This document shows positions 50,955 to 63,585 of a DNA stretch of 64,000 bases, one piece after another. A program made the position numbers and the translations under genes. Each line of letters starts with the position of its first letter. Position 1 is the stretch's first letter. The notes beneath the pieces were generated by a model. It did no database searches. It had not been told where the DNA came from and saw only the letters and a list, made by a program, of their open reading frames with translations. Source of the stretch: Lytechinus pictus (lineage: Eukaryota); the NCBI RefSeq assembly GCF_037042905.1, contig NC_087250.1, forward strand, positions 5,272,001 to 5,336,000, in the 5' to 3' direction.

Positions 50955-53900
50955 TATTCTTAAACACTTATCAAACTAGCTGCCATTAATGGCAAGACTT
51001 GTGCTCGGCTAGGGCTAGCTTGGGCTAGCGCATTAACTTTACCTCAAATATGGACCTGTCTAATGCCTGTTAATACAAATAGTAATAGCCGACTAATGCC
51101 ATGGTTAACTTCGAACCGGTAAATTCCGAACTTTACGTTTGCTTTTTATTTACCATGGTTTAATATGTCTAGTCCGTATACAGAACCAGTCCTAGATCTA
51201 AAAAAATATCTTAGTTCTAGTCTAGTCTCTAGATCTAGACTCTGATCTACGCTGGATCAGCATGGAACAATTAGTGTACCAAGGCGGGGGGGGGGGGGGG
51301 GGCAGACTGCCACCTGATGATTTACAATTGATCTAGGGGACGTGCCCCTCCCCTTTAGAAGCCAAATTAATAATTTGTAATGTCAAAATGCAACAAAAAG
51401 AGACTTATGTCCCCTCTTTTGAACGTGAAGATCTTTTCTTTTTTTTGCTTGTCAATTTTTTTTCAGCTAAGAAATCCTTAATTTGGGGTGAAGACGGGGA
51501 TCAAGATCACTGACGTTAGTTTGTGCCTGACGTTAGAATACGTTCCATGCACTGAAGTGGCGTAGCTAGGATTTTTCTTCCTGGGGGGGGGGGGGGGGCA
51601 CTGGGGGGTCCTTGCTTTTTCAGCGGTGGGGGCACCGGCCATTTATTCCGGTGTGTGTGTATGTGTCACAAAAGCGGATCGGACTTTCGCCAATAGGGGA
51701 CGGGCCTGAAATTATCTTCACCTATATTTTCCTCGATCAGTCACTTCTTAGTTTTATTCTTATAAAACAACATAAACATGAAATAATCTCATAAGCCTTA
51801 TAAAAAGTGTGAGCGCGAAGCGCGAGCAATTTCTTTTTAAAAATATTATGGGCAATGGTATGTGTGATCCTGAACAAGATTCGTATGTAACTAGATGGTT
51901 ACTGCAAACGCCAAGCACGAGCAGAAATTTGTATTAACTGTTCTAGCATTATCGAAAAGGGACCTGTTAAGGACAGCTGTGGTATACAGTTACCCACGAA
52001 GGCAGTATATATTTCAATAATGCGATTGCGAAGCGCGAGCAATTTTTGACATTCCGACCTAAAAAAATTATAATTCTAAGCACTTTTTGTATTAATAAAT
52101 GGGATAGGTATGTACCTAAACAATTGATGCGAGCGCGAAGCGCGAGAGGAAGAAAATTGAGATTTTAGACCTAAAAGCAGGACACTCTATTCATTTTTGT
52201 AATCATAAATAGGATATAGTTAATTGGGTATCATTAATAATGCGATCGTGAAGCGTGAGCAGACAATTATTGATATTCTGATGTGAAACTGAATAATTCA
52301 AGTACATTTTAAATAAAGAACATGCAGGCTATCGCGCATGTTTTAGATTTAGACCTAGAATCTGGGCATTCTGAATACATTTGTTTAATGGAACATTATG
52401 GAATACACGTAGAAATTATGAACTTGGCAAATCAAACAATGTGACCACGCAGCGTGAGCTTAAAATGCTGATATGTAGACCATAAAACGGACATTTTACA
52501 GAGCAATTAAATTTGTAAATGAAAAAAAAAATAATGAAAGCTCGAACGAAGTCCGAGCTAAAATATGTTTTGTATATTGACTTCAAAACTTGCTCCATAT
52601 CAGCCTATTAAGCAAGATATGAATCTCATCGAACAGGCAATTCTGGCGCGAAGCGCAAGCAAAAATTTTATATAGTAACATGAAATATTTTTTTTTCAAG
52701 TCTCCCCCTCACATTATTTCATTCACTTAGCTTTTCCTATAGAAAGAGGGGGACAAATTTTGTTCACTCGCTCGCTTCAATCACTTTCTTCTTTTTTTGA
52801 CAGAAATTTTGCTCTATATGCCATGCTTGGCCCCTCAAAGTTTCTTGCTCATCATGCCATTGACATAACCCATTTGGATATGACAAAATTGAAGAATGTG
52901 CTCAAGTTTACCAAATCTTTTCAGAATATCATTAAGACTTAAAACATATTTGTTGGCCAAAGAAAATAATACAAGGAAAATCCTAATGGAATAGAAATCA
53001 ACCTTGTTATCGTTCTTTAGAGTTAGCTATGTTTAAAGTATGAAAATTGTTGTCAAAATTGCAGTCAGATGTCAAATTTATTCTTGTCATCAAAGCACTA
53101 TCATCTTGATCATGATCATTATTATTTACTGTCATTATCATCATTAGTCATGATTACAACACATTACCAATACATAATGCTATTTTTCATAACTGAGGTA
53201 TTCTTTGTTTGAAAATTCTTAATAATGGTGACAATAACAATTGATGACACTGCTAGAACACTTATACTGCTGCTGCTAATGTTACTGGTGACTGGTAGTA
53301 TTGACTATTAGTGTCATTAAATATAAAAAAAACAATTGAAACATTTATAATTACTTATTAAAAAAAAAAGTACAAAATATAAAATGCCTTGAAAAGGCCT
53401 TGAAAATGCCTTGAAAATGCCTTGAATTTTCAAGGCCAATGCTTTGAAAAAGTAGGCCTTAAGGCCGGCTCGGTGTAAAAATGGCAGAGGTAATAATGGC
53501 AGAGGTAAAAATGGCAGAGGTAAAAATGGCAGAGGTAAAAATGGCAGAGGTAAAAATGGCAGATGTAAAAATGGCAGAGGTAATAATGGAAGGGGTAAAA
53601 TGAAAATGGCAGGGGTAATAATGGCAGAGGTAAAAATGACAGAGGTAAATATGGCAGAGGTAAAAATGGCAGAGGTAAAAATGGCAGAGGTAAAATTGGC
53701 AGAGGTAATAATGGCAGAGGTAATATTGGCAGAGGTAAAATGGCAGGGGTTATAATGGGAGAGGTAAAAATGACAGCTCTAGGTAAAATATGGCCAGTCT
53801 TAAACCCCCATGCAATAAATAGCCCCCGCATGTACATACATTAAATAAGAAGTGCATGTCACGGTTAGGCATTTCATCATCATTATGTCTCCATCGGCCT

Positions 53901-55308
53901 AACAATGCTATTTACGAATACGTTGAAAGTGTACCGTGAACACTTTTTAAAAAGAAATCAAACGACAGATATTTTTTCATTCAATTTATCAGGAGCAAAA
54001 TGAAACTGCACTATTCTCATTTATCATTTGATAACATTCCTTTTTGTCTGGCTGGTTTTTTTTATATCTAAAGTTTTGCCAGGTTTACCGATGAAAAATG
54101 AGGAAGAGTAGACATAAGAGAAGTGGGGAGACATAGAGGGTTAGGGGCGGGGAAAAACATAGAGAACATAGCGGGGAAAGCTTAGACGTTGAAATTATCA
54201 CGAATGATTGTGGTTAAATATTATGTCCTTATTTGTAATGTCGTCTGTACTATTCTTTTTAAATAATTGAATGAAAATAAGCATGCGTTCCCAGGCTTGG
54301 CACTGAATATGTAACTGATTATGAAAATCAATAATAATCTTGTTTTGACTGGTAAACCAATTTGGGGTCGATCGAGGGAGACCGTCTGGTTCATATTCTT
54401 TGCATAAAAGAAGACCCTGAAACTTTACCACTGCATCCAATATGATATAAACGCCTTGATGGTCATAACCCTTGAAAGCGGAAGTACTGTTGGGTATTTT
54501 GTTCACCATAAGCAGTACCCTCTTGGTAATTAGCTTGGTATGCTAAAATGTAGATATTTGATATAAATCTCTGTTATTTTTCAAACAGAAGAAAAAACAT
54601 TGTTTATTATCTAATTGTTATTATTTTCATTGGAATTCTTTTTCTGACCTAAAAGAACTTCATTCAGTTTAAATATTTTTTTTGTGTCATTTCCCCCCTT
54701 AACCAAATCCACTTTCACTTTGGAGTGATAACTTTTTTTTCTCGGCTTTTTAACAAACCAGCACCCCATTTTTACTAACTTTTCAAAAGTAAGTGGTGCT
54801 CACTCAAGCGGAAATATTTTTCGACAATTATATCGTCATTTGCTTAAATGGATCTGTACCAATGTTAAAATGTGGAAAAATCTTCAGGATTTTACAAGCG
54901 GGGGCTTTTTGACAATTCATTGCATGGGGGTTTAAGACTGGCCATATTTTACCTAGAGCTGTCATGTTTACCTCTCCCATTATAACCCCTGCCATTTTAC
55001 TTCTGCTATTCTTATTTCTGCCATTATTACCTCTGCTATGTCTACCTCTGCCATTTTCACCTCTGCCATTTTTACCTCTGTCATTATTACCTATGCCATT
55101 TTTACCCCTGCCATTTTTACCTGGCATCTTAAGGCCAAGGCCAAGCATCAAGGCACTACAGCACTGATTAGTACTAGGCATTAGACAGGTCCAGATTTGA
55201 GGTTAAGTTAATGCGCTAGCCTAAGCGAGCACTAGCCTGAAGTGAATAGCCTAGCACATGTCTTGCCATTAATGGCAGCTAGTTTGATAAGTGTTTAAGA
55301 ATTGGATA

Positions 55309-55386
<78 letters not shown>

Positions 55387-55589
55387 TCTAAGCCTGTATA
55401 AAGGCCTATGTAAATATGCAAGGGTACCGGTAATTTGACGATGCTAATTCATTCTGAGCAACTGAACGTGAATGCTTACGACCGGCACTGGTCGAGGCAG
55501 TCCACGCGCATGCGTACTCTTAATCCGAAGACGCAAGTCATGAATATTCATATGTTGGTCCAGAACTCGGTGGGAAAAATAATTTCGCG
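50731..55589. mobile_element. Foldback element 2: inverted arms (about 50731-51070 / 55175-55589), related to element 1, with nested insertions
   Basis: The arms are reverse complements including an internal (TA)n, bounded by CGCG; TIR motifs are shared with element 1. Confidence 0.88.
53467..55128. mobile_element. Second 15-bp minisatellite foldback element with 8-9 bp TSD (C)TTAAGGCC
   Basis: Arms about 53467-53830 / 54900-55128, exact TSD, termini match 32077-33411 in the opposite orientation. Confidence 0.85.
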
Positions 55590-55625
55590 ACCGGCGAAGC
55601 ATCGGACTCTCTTGACTCTGGACAA

Positions 55626-57235
55626 CACTAGCGTAAATCCGTGTTGATGGGTGGGGGGGGGGGATGACTGAAATATTTTGGCATTTTTTTTTGCAATCAT
55701 GTTTTTAGATCATGGGGGTCACCAGCAAAATTTTTGAATCACTGAGTAAGCGCGCTCAGTTGCCAGTTATACTGACCCTAATAGAGACATTTTAAGGACA
55801 ATGTCATTAAACGGATATGTATCTCAATGATCAAATAATGCCAGCGCAAAGCGCGAGCTGATTTTTTTTTATATTCACACCTAAAAAGGGACATTATAAT
55901 CAAATTTGTGTAATCATGATAGGTACCTGTATCGCTAAGTTTTCGTATATTTTGACCCCAAACAGCGAGATTTTAAGAAATATATTTTAGGAATCCATTA
56001 AGAGTATGCACATCTCACCAAAGTCATCTAATGCGAGTGCCAAGCGCTTGCTGATTTTATTAGAATTACATCTGAACACATGAAACACTTTTTGTAGTCA
56101 TTCCAATCATGATTATCGTAAGCATCTCACTAATCAAATATTGCGAGCGCGAAGCGCGAGCTGAAAATTTATATGATTCAGACCTGAAGTGGGGCATTCT
56201 GATGTTTCTTTGTAGGAATTAACTAGGACCATACGTATTTCATAAACCAAATGATGCGAGCGCGAAGCGCGAGCTGAAATTTTTCGATATTCAGATCAGA
56301 AGAAGAGACATTTTAATGACTGATTTTAGGAATTCATGAAGAGCAGACATATCTCACCAATCCACTAATGCGAACGTAATCACGGACAAGAAATGTTTCA
56401 TATATATAAAACTTTCACATTTGGCAATCACTTTTTGAGTTATGAAAAAGAAGAATATGTCACTACATAAAACAATGATAACTCAAGTGCTAGGAAATAT
56501 ATTTGGTTTATATTGACTTGAAAACGGGAAGTTTTAGTACAGGATTATATATCTCGTTAAACAGACAATGCAAGCACCAGGAACAATAAAGACGTAGGCC
56601 CTGGGCAAATTAAGTTTCATAAAGTTATGATAAAAATGTTTCTTATGTAATGTAACATAACATAATTATAATATAATATAACATTATAAAAAAAAAAATT
56701 CCCTTTCCCACTACGTTTCTCTTCCTTTCTCCCCGTTTTTTTTTTGGTCAGACGATTTGGGGGGACATGCCCCCCATCCCCCCCCCCCCGTAGTTACGCA
56801 ACTGTATGTCCATATGGCAAATACCTCTCCAATGTTATTATCTTTTTTACCCCATGATGGTTTAATGGTTTTATTAAAGATTATTTTTAAAATTTTTGAC
56901 ATTCCATCTCAATACCTTCCCAAAGACCCCAACATTGATGAATTGGATGAACGGGGGTTTCTCTTCAATGTTATAATAAGGACATAAGTATATTTCGTTT
57001 GAAAATGGTGAACTGGCTCTTTATTTGCATTTTATGATTCAATAATATTGTTTTATTTGTTAAGCGGTATTTCAGGAAGAATCTTCACCAATAAAACAAT
57101 ATTATCTCTTGTGATTTTTTTCATTTCTTTCGTAAAAAGTGGGGGGATGTTTGTATAGGCCATCCCCCTCCTCGAAAAGTGGGGGGGGGGGGTATATCCC
57201 CCCATCCCCACCCCCCCCCCGGATTTACGCCAGTG
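55626..57235. mobile_element. hAT-like non-autonomous element with 8-bp TSD CTGGACAA, containing a nested GCGCGAAGCGCG-type element
   Basis: TIR CACTAGCGTAAATCCG / CGGATTTACGCCAGTG, exact TSD. Confidence 0.87.
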
Positions 57236-57744
57236 CTGGACAACGACATATTTGCAATTGTTTGTCCGGTGCAAAGTCTTCGGATGATATGCTGTCCCAG
57301 TCCACCAATTTGAAATATACGTGCCCACACACACACACACCTACAAACACACTCTCTCTCTCACACACACACACACCCTCACACACACTCATGCATAAGG
57401 AAAAGAAGTGATATTAATATCCAGAGATATAACGTACAATCACTGTAGAAAACTGGGTGTGTTTGTTTATATCCCATGGTAAAATCCTAAAAGAAAAATA
57501 CTAGATACACCGCGATGAAGTTTGGCATTTCATAAATAACAAAAAAGTCCGGCATACTTCAATTCATTTCTTATCACAGTATTTTTTTTAGTAAATTAAA
57601 AGCATTTTTTTTTTATAGGAGGAAATTATAAGGGGCCACGGGGCCAGGGCAGTCCAACTGGCAATTAACAAAGTTCGTTCTCTCCCCAGATCTGAAGTTC
57701 TCAAACCAAAAAGTGACAAGGAGACTACCGACAGAATACCGCTT

Positions 57745-58374
57745 GTGACCACCTTCCATCCCAATCTACCCCCTCTCCGCAAAATCCTGTGTGATAACCA
57801 CCACATTTTACACACTTCTGATCGTCTCCAACAGGCCGTTCCCGATACCCCCCTTCTAGCATACCGACGCCCATCGAATCTCAGGGACCTCATTGTTCGT
57901 GCTGAAGTGCCCTCCCTCACTAACCATTCTTCTCCCATACAGCATGGCACCTTCAAATGCACCAGCAACAGGTGCATCATATGTGAAATACACTTTCACG
58001 AGGGCGACACTTTCACCAGCAACTCTACCAGCCTGTCTCACCAAATCGAGGGCAACATAACATGCACTACCACTAATGTTGTATATCTCATCACTTGCAG
58101 AGTTTGTAGGGTACAATACATAGGGGAAACCAAGACCACACTCAAGAGACGATTCTACGGGCACAGATCCACCGTCAACACAGCAAAGCTGGACACTCCA
58201 GTTGGCCGCCATTTTAACCTCCCCAACCACTCCATCACTGACATGATGCTACAGGGCATTGAATCTTTAGGTACCCGTCCTGACTCAGTCCGTACTAGCA
58301 GAGAGAAGCTCTGGATGAGACGACTTCGCACCACCCAACCTCATGGCCTGAACATCCAAGAGGGGAACGACTGA
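57745..58374 (+). CDS. PLE ORF C-terminus: Cys-rich linker plus GIY-YIG endonuclease (5'-truncated)
   Basis: AYRRPSNLRD.IV, C...RC..C, NVVYLITC..C..QYIGET...L.RRF..H, V.RHF, RE..W...L.T..P.GLN. Confidence 0.9.
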   Translation: MTTFHPNLPPLRKILCDNHHILHTSDRLQQAVPDTPLLAYRRPSNLRDLIVRAEVPSLTNHSSPIQHGTFKCTSNRCIICEIHFHEGDTFTSNSTSLSHQIEGNITCTTTNVVYLITCRVCRVQYIGETKTTLKRRFYGHRSTVNTAKLDTPVGRHFNLPNHSITDMMLQGIESLGTRPDSVRTSREKLWMRRLRTTQPHGLNIQEGND

Positions 58375-59278
58375 TTATTCTTTCCTATCCACTTTCAATT
58401 TATATATACATATCATTTTTCCCCTCAGCTCTTTTGAATAGTTACATTATAGTTTCTTCCTCTACTTTCCTCCCATATCTCATACAAGCTCAGCTCCAAT
58501 TTTTCCTTCCTTATTCAGGCGATATAATAATTATTATTATATATATATATTTTTTTCTCCACTCACCTCTTTTAGATTTACCACATTTGCTTATTTACAT
58601 ATATACTATGGTTTCTTCATAATACACCCCTTCTCTTCTATATTTGCTTTTACCTTTTTAGGCAATTGTCTTCCTCTTTTTCACATATACAGGTTTTTTT
58701 TTTTTTTTTTTTTTTTTTTCCTACTGTATAGTCCTATGTTTTTTTCCGTCACACCTAGCGGATTACAATATCAGTTACACCATATGTGTATTTATATTTG
58801 TTCATATACATTTCTTTTTTGGATATATTTATATACATAAGACTTATAGATACATATTTACACTTACCTTTTCTTAGTTTGTTTAATGCTTTATCATATA
58901 TACTTATATGTCTTTTGCACATTATCAGTTGTTCCCCATTCTCTTCCTTTTTCCCCCACCCTTATGCACCAGTTTATTATGCCTTTCTTTGTAACCTGTT
59001 TGACCCACCTCTCACTAATTCTCTAGTTATTCATCCCTCTATCACTGTTTTGTTCCAGATCCTGTTTGATGTTGCCTGCCTCATTATCTTAATCCCTCTT
59101 GGCCTTACTTACACTAACTTCCCTTTGTGTCTGCCTACTCCTTTTCTTTCATCCCCTTCACTAACCTGATTGGTCTTCTCTACTCACTAATGCCCCTTTT
59201 GTCTCCTTGTTTCTAGTGTTGCTGTAGCTTGCTTGTGGTCTATATTATGGTTGTTCCACTTTATATGTTTGTCATTTT

Positions 59279-59318
59279 GCCTCCGACGAAGATTCTGCTA
59301 GGATCGAAAGCTTAGGCC
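59279..59318 (+). ncRNA. Hammerhead-like motif with variant core (CCGACGA)
   Basis: GCCT-CCGACGA-AGATTC-loop-GGATC-GAAAGCTT-AGGC, at the position expected for a PLE 3' pLTR. Confidence 0.55.
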
Positions 59319-59535
59319 CCTTTTTGACTTTCTAATTTACTCCATTGGCTCTCTTTTATTAGATAAGCAGTTTTCAGCAGCTTCTTTTTGCCATTGAAAT
59401 TATAATTTGTTAACAAATTTCCTGCATTACTCCTATTTGTTTAAGATCAGTATGATCGATCTGTAATGAAAATCATAAGATCAGTATGCTCGATCTGTAA
59501 TGAAAATCATAAGATCATAAGTCAGAAGAAAATTG

Positions 59536-59605
59536 GAACCAGTGGGATTCGAACCTGCCATCTACTGCTTTCCGGGCAGCGACTCAACCACCAGGCTATT
59601 CTGGT
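59536..59605 (-). repeat. tRNA-derived head (SINE or tRNA pseudogene) within a tandem unit of about 340 bp
   Basis: Minus strand TAGCCTGGTGG (A box) and GGTTCGAATCC (B box). The flank 57590-57631 plus 59406-59543 is repeated at 59703-59883. Confidence 0.65.
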
Positions 59606-61929
59606 TCACGTCTAAGCCACGATGAACTGGAATTCAAATACCCTCGATCCTCTTCTTTCTGACTCATTAATATTCAAATGCCGTCCGCCGTGGACAATAG
59701 ATAGTAAATTAAGAGGCTTTTTCTTTTTTATAGGAGGAAATTATAATTTGTTAACAAATGTTCGGCATTACTCCTATTTGTTTAAGATCAGTATGATCGA
59801 TCTGTAATGAAAATCATAAGATCAGTATGCTCGATCTGTAATGAAAATCATAAGATCATAAGTCAGAAAAAATTGGAACCAGTACAATAAAGATGAATTT
59901 TTTTGTTAAACCACAAAAACTACAATGTTGTATTATTTATTGGGTGTGTGTGTGTGTTTTCTTTCAAATCTTCCATTGCACTACAGCTGCTGTAGGTATA
60001 AATCTATTAGTACATGATGTCGGAGTGAAAAGGAGGGAAACAATAATACCGGCAGCAAACTAGAATGAAACTATTATGGGATATCTTGGAAATCCCAAAG
60101 TTAGTCTTCAGTCAAATCGCATACAATAATTGGGTTGAAGATAATGGCGGAAAAAGCGGCAGCCTCTCAAAGCGCACATTTACTGCCTTTAGCAACTTCC
60201 TTTTCACAATAAAATTGATGCAAACATCGTCCAAATTTTCCTTTATTTTTCCTTGCTCGTTGCATTTTCTTACATTAATTGAAAAACGTGATGGTATAAT
60301 GAATGAAAAGGATTTTTTTTAAGACAGGGGAAATAATCATACTACCATTTCTTTAAATATATTTGCTATTGTCTATATGTTTTATTACGAAATTACATGT
60401 ACTTTTCTATCACACTTAATAATTTTTCCTCGGGACCTGGATGGGTCTCATGTGATTCTAAACCAAGCAATTCGATGAAGTATAATTATAGACCCTCCCT
60501 TATGGAGCAAACATAGCGTTGCCACAGTGTGTTTACATAGTTGACTATGCGTAAAATGTGTGTTAACTATTTGGTCACAGTGTTGTCACAGTGTGGATTT
60601 TCAGATCACATAGTTTTACCACATAATTACCCACATAGTTGGCATTCAGAACACAGAGTGGCACACATATACCACAGTGTGGTATGTATTGAACTATGTT
60701 TAAACCATATGTGGTCATAGTGTTGCCACAGTGTTTTCACATATTTGACTATATGTAAATTGCGTGTTAACTATGTGGTCACAGTGATGTCATAGTGTAT
60801 GACTTCAGATCTCATAGTTAACCTCATAATTACCGACATAGTCGGCATTCCGAACACAGAGTTGCACATATATCATGTATATACCAGAGTGCTGTGTGCA
60901 TAGAACTACATGTATGTGTAAATAATATGTTCATAGTCTTGTCACAGTCTGAAATTAAAGTATATGTGGTTTTCCACATAGTTGGTATACAGAACATAGT
61001 ATGGTATATTTTGAAATATGTGCAAAATCTGTGTTTATAGTGATGTAACACTGTGAGAGTTCGGATAATTCATTTACCACGTATCATCCCCCACCGACTA
61101 GGCATCCTGAACACACAGTGATTCGTGTGCTTACCACAGTGTAATACTGAACTATGTTTAAACCTTTCATGTGATCATCGTGTTATCACACTGTGGGGTT
61201 TCAGACCATTCATTAATTCACCACATCACTAAATATGACGTAATTACGACGTCATTTATTTACCAATCTACGAGGAGTACGTTCGCATCGACACCTATGA
61301 AGTGATTATAAACGACGAGTAAATGTTCAGTTCTATCGGAATGACCAGATTACATGACAATCGCATTTCCAGAATTTCCTGAAACGTTTTCTTTATGTAT
61401 TTCTGCATGGCCCTGTGGAGTGGGTGCTTACTTGGGGGTGCTGCGTGTATTATACACCATAGGCAGCGCCCCAGGTATACTGGAAGATGTGTAAAAATTG
61501 GAAACTGTACCAAAATGACCTTCATTTCCTAGTGAAACATTTCTTGTGCTCTTCAAATCTACATTGGCACCCCACCTAGGCAAAGAATCGTTACCAGAGC
61601 CCTTTATTTGTGGTGACTATTATTATTATTGTTTTGTTGTTTTGGTTACATCATTATCATTAGTATTATAATGTAATTGTCTAGTTTGTTCACTATTATT
61701 AGGTCTACCATTTTTTTTAATCTATTTGAAAAAAAATCCTTTATATTGGAAGCACTCACAAAACATGGTAAGTTCATACTGATGAAAAAAATACAAGCAA
61801 CACAAGCATTTGCCAGATCAACGTCCAGGTGACTCCAAAGGAATCTGCAAATTATAACACTAACTCGATATGCACAGAGCTAATCCGATATGCCGATGCG
61901 AGCGCGCCAAAAATTGTTTTAATTCGTGC

Positions 61930-62280
61930 AGTTAATCTCTCAACTTCCATCTGTATAACATTTGTAGAATACGAAAATGCTCACCGATGAAGCTTGTAAC
62001 CATGCTATCCTATCTCTCGTGCTTAGTAGGCGAGATTACTCAAATTCTCTATTGACTAATATCAATAAAACAGATCGTGACAGGTTGCAGCGCATTCAAA
62101 ATCACGCCACTAGGATCATCTTGAAAGCGAAGAATTATATGTTCGGGCCACTCCTTCATTGAAGCATTTGCACGGGTTACCAGTTCACAAAAAAATTATA
62201 CAAAGTTGCACTGTTAGTTTATAAGTGTATGCATAGAGTGGCACCCGAATACCTCTTTAGTTTACTTATATTAATACACC
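61930..62280 (+). pseudogene. L2-type LINE ORF2 C-terminal fragment
   Basis: FHLYNICRIR, SLVLSR.DYSNSLL, RLQRIQNHATRII, LHGLPV, YKVALLVYKC...APEYL, with frameshifts. Confidence 0.8.
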
Positions 62281-62557
62281 GGCTACATTACATACTTTAC
62301 CCCCACCACATTGTTTTCAACTTTGAAACAAAAGAGTACTTTTTTAGAGGGAAATAAATACAAATTTCAAAAGTAAAAAAAGGTGTGTAATAGATATGTG
62401 CCTTTTACACACACATGTCTTTAAATATAATAAAGACATAGAACAGCATTGTTAGTCCAGGTAGGGATCCTCATTCTTATCATAGCCTTTTACATGATCA
62501 TGATGATGGATGCATAAGAAATGTGTGGATGTGCAAACATCGCATTAAGTTCGGACT

Positions 62558-62997
62558 GGGGTAAGTTGAGCCAGCCAACATGGGGCAAGTTAAGCCATGC
62601 TAATTCTTATGGTATCGTATATTAAAAAAAAAACAAATCAATTGACATGCAGGCAGAAAGGAGCAAATTCACATGACAGTTCTTTTATTTTTAGAGGATG
62701 TTAGTATTTATAGAGAATAAGCAAGTGAAATATTTTAGATAAAACATGCTGGTTCTTCCCCCATGCATTTGTACATATTTTTTGTGGCTCAACTTACCCC
62801 ACAGATGGGCAAGTTGAGCCATTTGACATCGTTCTTTTCAAAGGTGACAATGACTTTCAGTGTGGGGGTAGATAGTTATATATAGTTCCCAAGAATTAAA
62901 CTTTGGGGCAAGGTACTTATTTCTTCAAGATGATTCGTCATATCAATTCTAGCAAGCAGAGAGCAAAAGTGTCACAACTCACCCCGCCTTCCCCTAC
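62558..62997. mobile_element. MITE remnant with GGGGTAAGTTGAGCC subrepeats (pogo/Tc1-like)
   Basis: GGGGTAAGTTGAGCC at 62558, inverted GGCTCAACTTACCCC at 62786, terminus CAACTCACCCCGCCTTCCCCTA. Confidence 0.55.
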
Positions 62998-63531
62998 TCA
63001 GTCAGACTACGCCCAATTAAATAGAACATAGCGTAATTTCCATTAAATTGATCAGCTCGACTGGTGTGGCGTAATTGGTAAAACAATGCGATGGTGTGAG
63101 TTTATATTGCGCTTGTGACGGAGGTTTCGAACCTCGCCTCGACCTTCCCTAGATTTTTTAAGTTATAAATTGAGGCAAGATTGTGGTAACCATAATGTGT
63201 CATAGTGTGGTAAATACCGTGTTACCACACGCCCCAAAATCATATATAAACCACATAGTGATAAAACCCTGTGTTTGACACTGTGTTACATACTCTGTTA
63301 CACACTGCTCACATACGTCCCCAAAACATATATTGCACACATGTGTCACATACTGTGGTTTACACCGTGTCATACACTGTGGTATAATACACTGCGTTAC
63401 ATACTGCGTTAAAAACTGTGTTACACAATTTGTTGCACATTGTGGTAGCACTGTGTTCTTTCCATAAGGGTTATACCTCCGACCCCCTATTGTGCTTTCG
63501 TGCTATTGACCTATGCTGATCCTTCCGGGGC

Positions 63532-63582
<51 letters not shown>

Positions 63583-63585
<3 letters not shown>

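Larger units (their letters stand above)
57632..59395 (+). mobile_element. 5'-truncated Neptune-type Penelope-like element with 10-bp TSD GAAATTATAA
   Basis: GIY-YIG ORF, long pyrimidine-rich 3' UTR, hammerhead-like motif, TSD at 57622-57631 and 59396-59405. Confidence 0.9.
60497..63470. mobile_element. Non-autonomous TIR element with CCC...GGG termini and CACAGTG/CATAGT subterminal arrays (EnSpm/CACTA-like)
   Basis: CCCTTATGGAGCAAACATAGCG vs CACTGTGTTCTTTCCATAAGGG, with arrays at 60520-61200 and 63180-63455. TSD not clear. Confidence 0.62.

Noticed and set aside
54198..54509. 103-aa ORF in the foldback spacer as a captured gene
   Set aside because: No recognisable motif or clear splice boundaries.
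60520..63455. Multiple CACAGTG/CACTGTG heptamers as RSSs or as the missing right end of the 25363 element
   Set aside because: They are subterminal tandem motifs of a different element; I saw no spaced nonamer and no TGCCG target duplication.
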